Shown piece after piece: positions 55,005-64,000 of a stretch of DNA of 64,000 nt. The position numbers were made by a program, and so were the translations under genes. Each line of letters begins with the position of its first letter. Position 1 is the first letter of the stretch. The notes under the pieces were generated by a model that had not been told where the DNA came from, made no database searches, and saw only the letters and a list, made by a program, of their open reading frames with translations. The stretch is taken from positions 8,825 through 72,824 of IMG/VR virus record IMGVR_UViG_3300025121_000045, one strand, 5' to 3'. This DNA is from a virus.

Positions 55005-56283
55005 AATGACTAAGCAACAGAGAGTTGAGCAAAGAGCAAAGGCTTTAGCTCATTTGAAAAAAGCTGGTATGGACGAAGCATATGTTCCGTTAGATTCAAA
55101 AACAAGACCCGATATAGAAGTGATTTCTTCTGGGTCTATAGTATTAGACCAAGTGTTAGGGTGTGGTGGATGGCCTCGTGGTAGAATTATAGAAGTCTTT
55201 GGACCGGAGAGTGTTGGAAAATCGACCATAGCTATTGCGGCATGTATAGAAGCTCAACGTGAAGGAGGTTTTGCTACTTATATAGACTTTGAACACGCTA
55301 TGCATTTAGGATACGCTCAGTCTATGGGGCTAGACTTAAGTGCAGACTCTTTTGCCTTCTTCCAACCGCGCTTCTTCGAAGAAGGAGCGCAGATAGCATA
55401 TAATTATTCAACTATGGTACAGAGTGATATAATCATAATTGACTCTGTAACTGCCATGATACCTAAGAAGGTTTACGAAGCTGGTCCAGAGGACCCTTCA
55501 AAAGGTATGGGTTTACAAGCGCGTTTGATGAGTTCATTCTTAAACCTTATATCTAAAGCACTTACAGAATCTGGAACAGTTTTATTATTTTGTAACCAAA
55601 TGAGAGATAATATTAAGCTAAGTCAATATGACGCTGGCCCAGACTGGACCACGTCAGGGGGTAAAGCACTTCCATACTACGCTACTATTAGGCTAAGATT
55701 AAAACCGGGTAGTGTGGAATATGCGATGATACCAGACAAATTCTCAGGTCAAAAAGAAAAGATTCCGATCTCTAACTTTGTGCGTGCCGAGGGTCATAAA
55801 AACAAGGTAGGATTCCCTAAGAGAAAGGGCGAGTTCGTTATTAGATACGGCGAGGGTATAGACAATGCTAGATCTGTTATCGAAGTAGCTGAGAAGCACA
55901 AGATAATTAAGAAAGAAGGATCTTGGTATGCCTTCAGAAAAGAGGGCGAGTCTGGCTACTTTAGACGTCAAGGTATTGAACAATTCAGAAGATATTTGAT
56001 TGAACACCAAGACGTATTCCGTATTTTGATGGATCAGGTAGGTGAGAAATTAGCATCTTTTGAAGTTAATAAGATAGATGCAGAGATAAGCGATGATGAC
56101 ATAATCATCGAAGATAGATCTCAGCTGTCGGAAGATAACGCAGTAGCGTTGAGTACAGATGATACATTATCCTTTGATGCTGGTGAGGACCTAGAGTCTT
56201 TACTATCAAATTCTGACATTCCATCTCCGAAAAATGCTTCTGGAATGTTATCTTTAGAGGACATTGACTCTGTACTTAACTAA
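54994..56283 (+). CDS. recA: RecA recombinase
   Basis: GGWPRGRIIEVFGPESVGKS, IDFEHA, IDSV, GLQARLMS, GGKALPYYA, KNKVG. Confidence 0.96.
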   Translation: MMAKMTKQQRVEQRAKALAHLKKAGMDEAYVPLDSKTRPDIEVISSGSIVLDQVLGCGGWPRGRIIEVFGPESVGKSTIAIAACIEAQREGGFATYIDFEHAMHLGYAQSMGLDLSADSFAFFQPRFFEEGAQIAYNYSTMVQSDIIIIDSVTAMIPKKVYEAGPEDPSKGMGLQARLMSSFLNLISKALTESGTVLLFCNQMRDNIKLSQYDAGPDWTTSGGKALPYYATIRLRLKPGSVEYAMIPDKFSGQKEKIPISNFVRAEGHKNKVGFPKRKGEFVIRYGEGIDNARSVIEVAEKHKIIKKEGSWYAFRKEGESGYFRRQGIEQFRRYLIEHQDVFRILMDQVGEKLASFEVNKIDAEISDDDIIIEDRSQLSEDNAVALSTDDTLSFDAGEDLESLLSNSDIPSPKNASGMLSLEDIDSVLN

Positions 56284-56343
56284 ATAACTACTCCCGCCAA
56301 AAAATCCTCGTTCTAAAATCAAACTACACATAAATAGGATCCC

Positions 56344-57513
56344 ATGAAAGTACGCATCCAAAACTATCAAACAGCCAAAGATGTCAGTCTCGATATAAAA
56401 GGGTTTACTGTCATTGTAGGTAAATCAAATGCAGGGAAAACAGCATTGCTTCGAGCAATTGAAGGGTCAATGTTCAATGATTCCGTTACCAAAAAGGTCC
56501 GTATAGGTGAGACAGATACTATAGTATCTGTTGAATATAATGACATACATTGGACTTGGAAAAAAGGAGAAAATTTCAACGATTATATAGTGTCCACTCC
56601 ATCAGGTACTCAAGAGTACAGTAGGGTTGGGTTCAACCCCCCATCAGAAATAGTAGATGCAGGGTTCAAAGAATGGTGGGTAGACCGTGAAAAGATGAGA
56701 CCCCAGATCGCTGCCTGGCATGATTCTATCTTTTTATTGAATAAAGGTGGTACAGCTATCACCGAACTTATGACAGCGGTTACTAGGTTAGACGTTGTTA
56801 ACTTAGCTATTAGAAATAGTGCATCGGAGCAGCGTAAAGCCAAAAATATAATCAAGGTACGGGAAAAAGACTTGCATAAAGCAAAGCAGTCTGTCAAGGA
56901 TATGGATCCTTTGGATACTCTAAACATGATGTATATAGATGGTTTGTATGCATCACATAAACATATTCAAGGTGAGATATACGGGCTTGATAGATGGTCA
57001 GAGTCATATACACGATGCACTGAGATTTTAGAAACAATATCTAAGATAGATGTTGTTTCCATACCTAAGAAATTTGATTTAGACATGTCCAGGTCTATCT
57101 CTAGGTTAAATGCTTGGATAGAAAAACTTGGCGACTTAGACGAAGCAATTGCATACCATGCCCCTTTAAATACTGTTGTCATACCCTTCACTATAACACA
57201 AACCTATGACATACGTACTTTATCAAAATGGATAGATCAATTAGACACTTTTAATTTATCTATAAGCTCCTTGGAAAAATTAAGCATAATTTCAATACCA
57301 CAAACAGCTCTAGACAGACATAAAGAGGTGGTCCGGATGGAAAAGTTTATGTCTGACTTTGTACAATTGAGCAAAGATTTGAAAGAGACAAGCTTAAATA
57401 TTGATATAGAAGGATCTAATATAAATCAATATTCTAATCAACTTATGGAATTACGTAGTCAAATAGATACTTGTGAAGTATGTGGTAGAAGTGGAGACAT
57501 GAATGGCATTTAA
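56344..57513 (+). CDS. SbcC/Rad50-like ATPase, N-terminal half
   Basis: IQNYQ, Walker A GKSNAGKT, coiled coil ending in a CEVCG zinc hook; no Walker B. Confidence 0.8.
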   Translation: MKVRIQNYQTAKDVSLDIKGFTVIVGKSNAGKTALLRAIEGSMFNDSVTKKVRIGETDTIVSVEYNDIHWTWKKGENFNDYIVSTPSGTQEYSRVGFNPPSEIVDAGFKEWWVDREKMRPQIAAWHDSIFLLNKGGTAITELMTAVTRLDVVNLAIRNSASEQRKAKNIIKVREKDLHKAKQSVKDMDPLDTLNMMYIDGLYASHKHIQGEIYGLDRWSESYTRCTEILETISKIDVVSIPKKFDLDMSRSISRLNAWIEKLGDLDEAIAYHAPLNTVVIPFTITQTYDIRTLSKWIDQLDTFNLSISSLEKLSIISIPQTALDRHKEVVRMEKFMSDFVQLSKDLKETSLNIDIEGSNINQYSNQLMELRSQIDTCEVCGRSGDMNGI

Positions 57514-58486
57514 ACTAGTTTGGTCTACGGACTGGCATGTGGCAGACCAGCCTCCTATAAATAGGATAGATAATTACACAGAGGCGTGTTTTGATAAGAT
57601 ACATCAAATACAGAAATTGTGCAAAGTCATAGGTGCGGATATATGTTTGATAGGTGGAGATGTTTTCCATGTGAAAACATCTTCAAAAGTACGACATGCC
57701 TTAGTAGCAAGATTAATAGAAACCTTTTCTGAGTTCTCTTGTCCAGTTTACTCTATAGTAGGCAATCATGACATAAGCCACAACAACCTATCTACTCTTC
57801 CTGAAAAACCTTTAGGTGTAGTGTTTAGTTCTGGACATCTATTAAAGTTGGATGAAGAAATTTTCACATCTAAAGATGGTGTTGCCGTTAGGATCATAGG
57901 CAAACATTTTGACCCAGATATAGAGTTAAATGCCTTTGACGAAATTCAAAAGGGGTCTGAGGACTGGTTACTGATGGCTTATCACGGGTATGCTAACACA
58001 GTAGGGGTAAGCTACCCAGGTGAGACTACTTTTAAATATTCTGACTTAGCTAAATTGAACATTGATGATTGGTTTTTCGGACATTGGCATTTAGACCAAG
58101 GTGTAGAAAACATAAATAACAAGAATTTTGTCAACGTAGGGTCTCTTACTAGAGGGGCTTTAAATTTAGAAAATGTCACGAGGACACCAAAGACGGTCAT
58201 ATGTACATATACTAAGACGGAAAGAAAAATACAACAAGTCAAACTTAAAATAGGGACTTCTAGAGATGTGTTCGATTTTCAGAAAAAAGAACGCACCGAC
58301 CGTGAACAAGTCTTAATCAATCAATTCATTGAAAACTTAAGAAAAGAAGCTAACAACCACGGACCTGATAATGATATTGATATAAGGCTCGGAAAGCTTA
58401 ACCTCGAGGCTATCATCAAACATAAGGTTTCCTCTTTGTTAGAGGAGGCTGAAGTTGAATTACAATCCGTCCGAGCAGGTAGATAG
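57503..58486 (+). CDS. SbcD/Mre11-like nuclease
   Basis: TDWH, GGDVFH, GNHD, AYHG, GHWH. Confidence 0.9.
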   Translation: MAFKLVWSTDWHVADQPPINRIDNYTEACFDKIHQIQKLCKVIGADICLIGGDVFHVKTSSKVRHALVARLIETFSEFSCPVYSIVGNHDISHNNLSTLPEKPLGVVFSSGHLLKLDEEIFTSKDGVAVRIIGKHFDPDIELNAFDEIQKGSEDWLLMAYHGYANTVGVSYPGETTFKYSDLAKLNIDDWFFGHWHLDQGVENINNKNFVNVGSLTRGALNLENVTRTPKTVICTYTKTERKIQQVKLKIGTSRDVFDFQKKERTDREQVLINQFIENLRKEANNHGPDNDIDIRLGKLNLEAIIKHKVSSLLEEAEVELQSVRAGR

Positions 58487-58991
58487 TTTATCTAAGAGAC
58501 TTACTATACTTCTTGAAGAAGAGGTATATTGGAAGTCTTATCCAGAAGACCATTTCATAGGATTGAGTGTATATGCTAAAGAGGGATTCTATTGTATAGG
58601 AAAATACCAAAATAATACACTAGAAGTTGTAGAGTTAGAAAAGTTCAAAAACTTTGAGAAAGACTTAAAAGATTTGTATCTTCGGTACACCTTTGTTAAA
58701 GGTATGGCACATATTCCATCGCCTTGGAAACCTTTTTTAGACAAATTCAATATACCTATCCAAAGCAGATTGACCAGAAAAGAGGTTAGAGATTTAGCAA
58801 TAGATTCTCTTAGAAATCATGTAGATAATACTCTATTAGTACCCTCTCCTAATATGGAGCTATGTTTTGATAGGTTAACGGATTTTATTATTAATAGAAC
58901 TAAGAGTACAACAGAATCGTATGCTTTCTTAATGATGTTTAAAGCATACCAAAAAAGAGGAGAAAATGTCCTGGAAAACAGAATCGTCTGA
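58455..58991 (+). CDS. hypothetical protein
   Basis: GAGGAGG upstream of TTG. Confidence 0.55.
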   Translation: MNYNPSEQVDSLSKRLTILLEEEVYWKSYPEDHFIGLSVYAKEGFYCIGKYQNNTLEVVELEKFKNFEKDLKDLYLRYTFVKGMAHIPSPWKPFLDKFNIPIQSRLTRKEVRDLAIDSLRNHVDNTLLVPSPNMELCFDRLTDFIINRTKSTTESYAFLMMFKAYQKRGENVLENRIV

Positions 58992-59856
58992 AGACTATCA
59001 CTGGCTTAAACATTTGAGCTGGAGTGGTTACAGCTTATACAAGAAATGTCCAGAGGCTTTTAGATTACAATATGTAGATAAAAAGATAGTACCCTATAAT
59101 GCCTACCACAGCATTGGTGGGAAAACTGTCCAAAAAGTCTTCGAGTTATTCTATAACAACGAGATATGGCGTAGAGGATCAGAGACTCAGAAGACCTTAG
59201 AAGAAATACTCATAAAAGAATATAATCAAATATGCTCTGAAGAAACCATAGACTGGAATGCGACAGAATCTGTATTATCTAAAGAAGCTTTATTAGAATC
59301 ACTTCATCCTCTTATTGCATCTACGTTAAAACTTATCAAGGATCAAAAGCTGCTTGGTAAATATTCTAGATCCGAAGTAAAAATACAAGCTTGGCTGGAT
59401 AAGGTATTGATACATGGTATAGCTGACTTTGTAATACAAAAAGATTCTGAGCGTATGATACTAGACGGCAAACTTACTAGACACCGTAATAAATACCTTA
59501 AACGAGATCAGTTGGTGTGGTATGTGATGTTATATTATCTACAACATCAAATTTTTATTGATAAAACTGCCTGGATATATTATACCTTTGGTGAATTAGA
59601 ATGGGTATCTGTTTCTATAGAAGATGTGAAGCGGTTATATGAGGACTTAAAAATAAGTATCAAATCTATTAAGAAGAGAGAATTCGTTCCTGTTCCAAGT
59701 CCTGATAATTGTCATCTGTGTGATTTTAAGTCTGTATGTCATGCAGGACAACAGATGGAACTTTCTAGAAAAAAGTCCGCAGCTGAAAAGCAAGTAAAAA
59801 AATATGAAGAATCTAATAGCCCTCTTCTGTCAAAATCTGACATCATAACTTTTTGA
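58966..59856 (+). CDS. PD-(D/E)XK (RecB/Cas4-like) nuclease with Fe-S cysteines
   Basis: LSWS..KCP, EVKI, GIAD..LDGK, QLVWY, CHLCDFKSVC. Confidence 0.85.
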   Translation: MSWKTESSEDYHWLKHLSWSGYSLYKKCPEAFRLQYVDKKIVPYNAYHSIGGKTVQKVFELFYNNEIWRRGSETQKTLEEILIKEYNQICSEETIDWNATESVLSKEALLESLHPLIASTLKLIKDQKLLGKYSRSEVKIQAWLDKVLIHGIADFVIQKDSERMILDGKLTRHRNKYLKRDQLVWYVMLYYLQHQIFIDKTAWIYYTFGELEWVSVSIEDVKRLYEDLKISIKSIKKREFVPVPSPDNCHLCDFKSVCHAGQQMELSRKKSAAEKQVKKYEESNSPLLSKSDIITF

Positions 59857-59917
59857 TTTTCCGACCTACTTTAAAATCTTAACGTTCAATAAACATACTT
59901 TTGATTAGGGGAGATAC

Positions 59918-60187
59918 ATGACAGATGCTTCTCAGGAGATATTATCTCTAAATGCCAGAGTAGATAGTGCCAAAGAAAGACTTATACGGCTTCAATCCAG
60001 AAGAGAAAATCTCATTAAAAATCGAGATACTTTAATACAAGAAATACGTGCTGCTGGGTATGACCCGACAACACTTAGAGAAACGAGAGATAAACTCAAA
60101 GCAGACTTAGAATTAGCGAAGCAAACTTTAGAATCAGAACTTACTAAAGCTGAAAACATACTTAAATCAATTCCGGAGACAAAATGA
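59918..60187 (+). CDS. short coiled-coil protein
   Basis: GGGAG RBS; heptad pattern with a GYDP turn. Confidence 0.65.
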   Translation: MTDASQEILSLNARVDSAKERLIRLQSRRENLIKNRDTLIQEIRAAGYDPTTLRETRDKLKADLELAKQTLESELTKAENILKSIPETK

Positions 60188-61383
60188 TTTTAATCGTAGA
60201 CAGACAATTATTCAAAGACACACTAGAATCTATTTCTTCTGCATTAGGCGGAAACGATTCAGACCCTATTGCGGGACATTTCTTATTTAGAGTACATCCA
60301 ACCTCTTGTGAGGTTTTAGCCGGTGGTAAAACGGTTGGGCTATGTGGGTATCGACATATCCAAAATCTTGCCCCAACAGAAGTGGCGGATGGAAAAATTG
60401 TAGAATTTACAGCTCAAGGGGCTAAATTATTAGGTTTTCTTGGTGCCGCTGGAAATGGTAACTTGAATATATCTTATCAAGACAGCACAAAACAAGTCAA
60501 CATTCGACCAGATGCTTCTTCTACAGACTTTAATACAGAAGGATTAGATCCCCAGAATGGTTTCAATTTTGGTGATGATTTTGAAGCCGCTAAGAAAGGT
60601 GGAGTAAAAGGAACTTTTACAAAAGAAGATTTAGAAAAATCCTTTGCTTTTACAAATCCATTCATAGGCATGAATCTAAGCAATCCTGGATTTGGTCTTT
60701 GCTGTTTAGAAACGGGAGACCAAGGTGGTTTAATAAAGAGTGGAGACGGAAAAAGTGTCGCTATATACCGACAATCTAATTTTGCGGGATCATTCAAATT
60801 AAGAGGGGATAAGCTTAGCAACCTCAACGCCTTCATTAAGAAATCTGACGGGGCTTTGACCTTGTTAGAAGGAGATAATTATTACTTCATAGTTGATGTA
60901 AATAACAGCTATTACGGCTTCAAGAAAGTAGCTTTTGATTTCCCTGAAATGAAAGGTCTAGATCTATTTGCAGAAACAGGTACACATATCTTCCGTGTGA
61001 ATAAAGAAGCCATTAAAGGCGCTTTGAATAGATTAAAATGGAGTTTGGACAACGATCAATATCGTATATCTTTCCAATTGAAAGATGGAGATGGATCTGA
61101 CGATATTTTAAATTCTACCATATATGTCACCGCTACCTCTTCTAACGGGAAAACATCTTCTGAGTCTATAAAGATTCATAGAAGCGAAGGAAGCGGAGAG
61201 GCTGAGTTTAACCTTAACTACAAATACGTATTGCAAGGTATAGACAAATTCGATGGTGATGACATCACGCTATACCTAACTCTAGCAAAGTTCAGTTATA
61301 TCAAAATACTAGAAAAATTGTCTGATAATGGTATAACATCTACAAAAGTTCTTTTCTTAGCTTTAATGAAGTCTCCTAGATAA
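60184..61383 (+). CDS. dnaN: DNA polymerase III beta sliding clamp
   Basis: 399 aa; three-domain pattern, SGDG, FP, F.VN..IKGAL.R, LNYKYVLQGI, LALM. Confidence 0.75.
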   Translation: MILIVDRQLFKDTLESISSALGGNDSDPIAGHFLFRVHPTSCEVLAGGKTVGLCGYRHIQNLAPTEVADGKIVEFTAQGAKLLGFLGAAGNGNLNISYQDSTKQVNIRPDASSTDFNTEGLDPQNGFNFGDDFEAAKKGGVKGTFTKEDLEKSFAFTNPFIGMNLSNPGFGLCCLETGDQGGLIKSGDGKSVAIYRQSNFAGSFKLRGDKLSNLNAFIKKSDGALTLLEGDNYYFIVDVNNSYYGFKKVAFDFPEMKGLDLFAETGTHIFRVNKEAIKGALNRLKWSLDNDQYRISFQLKDGDGSDDILNSTIYVTATSSNGKTSSESIKIHRSEGSGEAEFNLNYKYVLQGIDKFDGDDITLYLTLAKFSYIKILEKLSDNGITSTKVLFLALMKSPR

Positions 61384-62039
61384 TGTTACAACAACGATAT
61401 GAAACTTTACGCAATAAGGTAGCCCTTTCAGAAATGAAAAGGGCTACCTTATTGGAACATTTACATAGCATAGAAACAGAGCTAAAGCAAAACGAAGAAG
61501 AGATAGGGGTTCTGTCTAAAGCCGGAGAAGTGCTTAAGTCTCTCTTAGAAGATATGGCAAAAGAGAACCTTAACTCGATTGATAAGGTAGTAACTGAAGG
61601 ATTGAGACAGGTTTTTCATGACCAGACAGACATAACATTTAAATCTGAGCTGGTAGATAAATCAAATCAATTGCAGATATCCTTTAAAACAGAACAAGGA
61701 CAATCAGAAGGTAAATCTTTAGACAGTTTTGGTGCCAGTGTAACGGTAGTACAGTCTTTGTTGCTTAGAATATTAGTTATTTTGAAAATGGGTTTGGCTC
61801 CAGTTTTATTATTAGATGAGTCACTAGCTCAGGTTAGCGATGAGTACGTAGAACCACTTGGTAAATTGATTAGAAAGTTATGTCGTGATTTAGGACTGAC
61901 TATTCTATTTGTTACACATCAGAGATCCTTTACAGAAACTGCTGATGTTGTTTATGTAGCTGACGCCAAAGAAGACACAATACGAACACTTGTTCTAAAA
62001 AAGGTGAAAGATAGTCATGGGGACATTAGTAGCTATTGA
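61383..62039 (+). CDS. SbcC/Rad50-like ATPase, C-terminal half
   Basis: coiled coil, then signature-like DSFGAS, Walker B LLLDE, H-loop FVTHQ. Confidence 0.8.
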   Translation: MLQQRYETLRNKVALSEMKRATLLEHLHSIETELKQNEEEIGVLSKAGEVLKSLLEDMAKENLNSIDKVVTEGLRQVFHDQTDITFKSELVDKSNQLQISFKTEQGQSEGKSLDSFGASVTVVQSLLLRILVILKMGLAPVLLLDESLAQVSDEYVEPLGKLIRKLCRDLGLTILFVTHQRSFTETADVVYVADAKEDTIRTLVLKKVKDSHGDISSY

Positions 62040-62502
62040 CGCACAAAATTTATATTACTCGGCCAAGAGACTAAGTGGCGGAAAAGTAGACTATCAAAAA
62101 CTTCGAGATAAAATTCTTCAGAACGACGCTGAATCTTTGCGTATAGTTTATCTTGTACGAGGAGATGCTTTTGATTCTAGCGGGTTTGAGAATTTATTGA
62201 GAGGGCTAGGGTATAGGATATCTCCTAGAACCGGACATAAGGTAAAGGATGGAAATAAAACCACCTTGAAATATGATAGTCATCTTCTACGTATGTCTTT
62301 AGACGCTGCTATAAAGACATACGTAGAATACGATAAATTTATACTTATAAGTGGGGATATAGACTTTTCTGATCTGTTTTCGTGTCTAAGTAAACTTAAC
62401 AAACAAACAGAATTTTGGTCTTTTGACCGAGTCTTGAGTCCAGACTTACTTCAGACTGTCGGCAAAGTTGTCTTTCTAGACAAAGACCTACTACAAGATT
62501 AA
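62017..62502 (+). CDS. NYN-domain (LabA/DUF88-like) protein
   Basis: AIDAQNLY, ILISGDIDF. Confidence 0.8.
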   Translation: MGTLVAIDAQNLYYSAKRLSGGKVDYQKLRDKILQNDAESLRIVYLVRGDAFDSSGFENLLRGLGYRISPRTGHKVKDGNKTTLKYDSHLLRMSLDAAIKTYVEYDKFILISGDIDFSDLFSCLSKLNKQTEFWSFDRVLSPDLLQTVGKVVFLDKDLLQD

Positions 62503-62505
62503 TAC

Positions 62506-62976
62506 ATGCAATCAGAACATGATATAAGAAAAAGACTATCAGTCCTATGCAAAAGAAGGCTAAGCAAACGTTTTAGAAGTCAACTAAAACGTAAACCTTG
62601 TAACTGCCAATTCAATAGAGAGCATACCTTTAAAGACCAAACAGGAAAAGATGTCACTGTTAGATTGTGCATGCTTGGAGTCGAAAGAGAAGACTGGGAC
62701 GTGGACATTTGTGATACGATAACACAAGCTCAAGCCTGTCCTGCATTTTTATTGAAAAAGTCTAAAGAAGAGGTAGAAAGAAAATTTGAAGAAGATCTTC
62801 ATAATGAAGAGTGGCTTAGGGACCGTCATCCAGAGATATCTACTTTACTTTGGGTTTTAGATGATACAAAAGTAAAGTATTCGTGGTGGCAACGATTTTT
62901 GTTGTTCTTAGAGGCTAAGAGAGCAACGAAAGCATTGCCATTACCTGAGGATGAAGATGACGTTTCTGAAGACTAG
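62506..62976 (+). CDS. hypothetical Cys-containing protein
   Basis: 156-aa ORF. Confidence 0.6.
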   Translation: MQSEHDIRKRLSVLCKRRLSKRFRSQLKRKPCNCQFNREHTFKDQTGKDVTVRLCMLGVEREDWDVDICDTITQAQACPAFLLKKSKEEVERKFEEDLHNEEWLRDRHPEISTLLWVLDDTKVKYSWWQRFLLFLEAKRATKALPLPEDEDDVSED

Positions 62977-64000
62977 TGAAAACATTACCCCTATAACTAT
63001 CCTTGACTCTGCTATAAAACTTCTAGACCCCAAACCAACTATAATACCTGATATATTAAAACCTGACCAATATGGCACACGTTTCAATTTTTTGAAATAC
63101 GAGATGTCTAAAGAGGATTGGGATAAGCTTCCATCCGATGTACAAGAAAAATACGTAGAAGAAATCTTTTCTTTCTATAGGTTAGTGTGGGGTTTCCCAT
63201 ACGCATTTAAGACAAGAGATACATTTGCCTGGAAATTTGGGGTACTCCCGGAAATAGACAAATGGGTAGAAGACATCATTCAGAATCTATATCAAAAAGA
63301 TTTTGAGAAATATTCTAAACAAGCTCATCGACTTAGAAATTTTGCCAGCCCTGACCTTATAGACAATACAGATGAAGAAGACGCTGAATATGATGGTGGG
63401 TTTTTTGATGAGACATGTGTAGATACAGAAACATGTAGACATTTAAAACAAAATCTTCTAGGTATGGGAGTACCTAATGCTTTCATGCCCCATTTGCATC
63501 ATACCCCTGTCAAAAATATGATGAGCCCACATGAAGGATTCTTTGACGATGTGAAATTTAAGAAAGCTATTCATCTTGCCTGTCGTTGGGACTCTGGGGC
63601 ATGGCCACACTCTATAAGGTACGGCTTACGTTCAATAGGAGGTATACAGAGCGTCGGCAATTTCAAGCCGACAGTGGCTAAATTCTTATATGAGCGATAC
63701 ACCCCAGATGAAGGCGGCATAGTATATGATTTTTCGTGTGGGTGGGGTGGTAGGCTTACGGGAGCAAGGTCTTCAAAGAAGAATATCAGGTATGTGGGGG
63801 TTGACCCAAGTGTAAAAACATTTGAGTGTCTTCAAAATGTAGATGCTTTTATGTGTGATAGGTTTGGATATACCCCTGGTTCTATAGTTAAGGGTTCAGT
63901 GTCCGGAAAAGAAACGGATCAGTATAGATCAGAATTTGTTCAAATCACTAATTGTGGTAGTGAGGATTTTAGAGACCCAGACTTGATAGGGAAAATAGAT
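62957..64000 (+). CDS. SAM-dependent (probably DNA) methyltransferase, truncated by the window end
   Basis: open frame from ATG 62957 (GAGG RBS); NFKPTVAK..VYDFSCGWGGRL..YVGVDP; absent from the ORF track because no stop lies in the window. Confidence 0.75.
   Translation, partial: MTFLKTSENITPITILDSAIKLLDPKPTIIPDILKPDQYGTRFNFLKYEMSKEDWDKLPSDVQEKYVEEIFSFYRLVWGFPYAFKTRDTFAWKFGVLPEIDKWVEDIIQNLYQKDFEKYSKQAHRLRNFASPDLIDNTDEEDAEYDGGFFDETCVDTETCRHLKQNLLGMGVPNAFMPHLHHTPVKNMMSPHEGFFDDVKFKKAIHLACRWDSGAWPHSIRYGLRSIGGIQSVGNFKPTVAKFLYERYTPDEGGIVYDFSCGWGGRLTGARSSKKNIRYVGVDPSVKTFECLQNVDAFMCDRFGYTPGSIVKGSVSGKETDQYRSEFVQITNCGSEDFRDPDLIGKID

Noticed and set aside
58966-59856. CRISPR-Cas locus suggested by a Cas4-like nuclease
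   Set aside because: No repeat-spacer array or other cas genes were seen; the context is recombination
1-64000. Alternative genetic code (stop-codon reassignment)
   Set aside because: Conserved genes are full length in the standard code and end in TAA, TGA or TAG; no suppressor tRNA was seen

Overview
This is an AT-rich, gene-dense window that reads as part of a jumbo/huge bacteriophage genome in the standard genetic code. No virion structural genes are recognisable here, so a phage-like megaplasmid cannot be excluded. From 0.3 to 7 kb is a tRNA array with 15 complete tRNAs (six of them Lys), four HNH endonuclease genes, tRNA fragments, three H-type pseudoknots abutting tRNA 5' ends and a T-loop ncRNA, followed by serS. 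From 9 to 33 kb is an accessory region. It holds a ~280-nt RNA with tRNA-like ends, a WGR-PARP, a degenerate TIR protein, an SNF2 helicase and an ADP-ribosylglycohydrolase. It also holds a candidate ubiquitin-like conjugation system: a Ubl fused to a Ro60/TROVE-vWA protein, a Cys-containing putative E2-like protein, a JAB peptidase and a ThiF/E1 enzyme. From 33 to 64 kb is a replication, recombination and nucleotide-metabolism module: holB, holA, nrdJ, dnaJ, dam, MazG-like, an NAD-dependent ligase broken into three genes by two endonucleases (one break bridged by a split intein), RecD2, SSB, RuvC-like, recA, split SbcC with SbcD, dnaN, NYN and a partial methyltransferase. All family assignments come from reading motifs by eye; no database searches were run.
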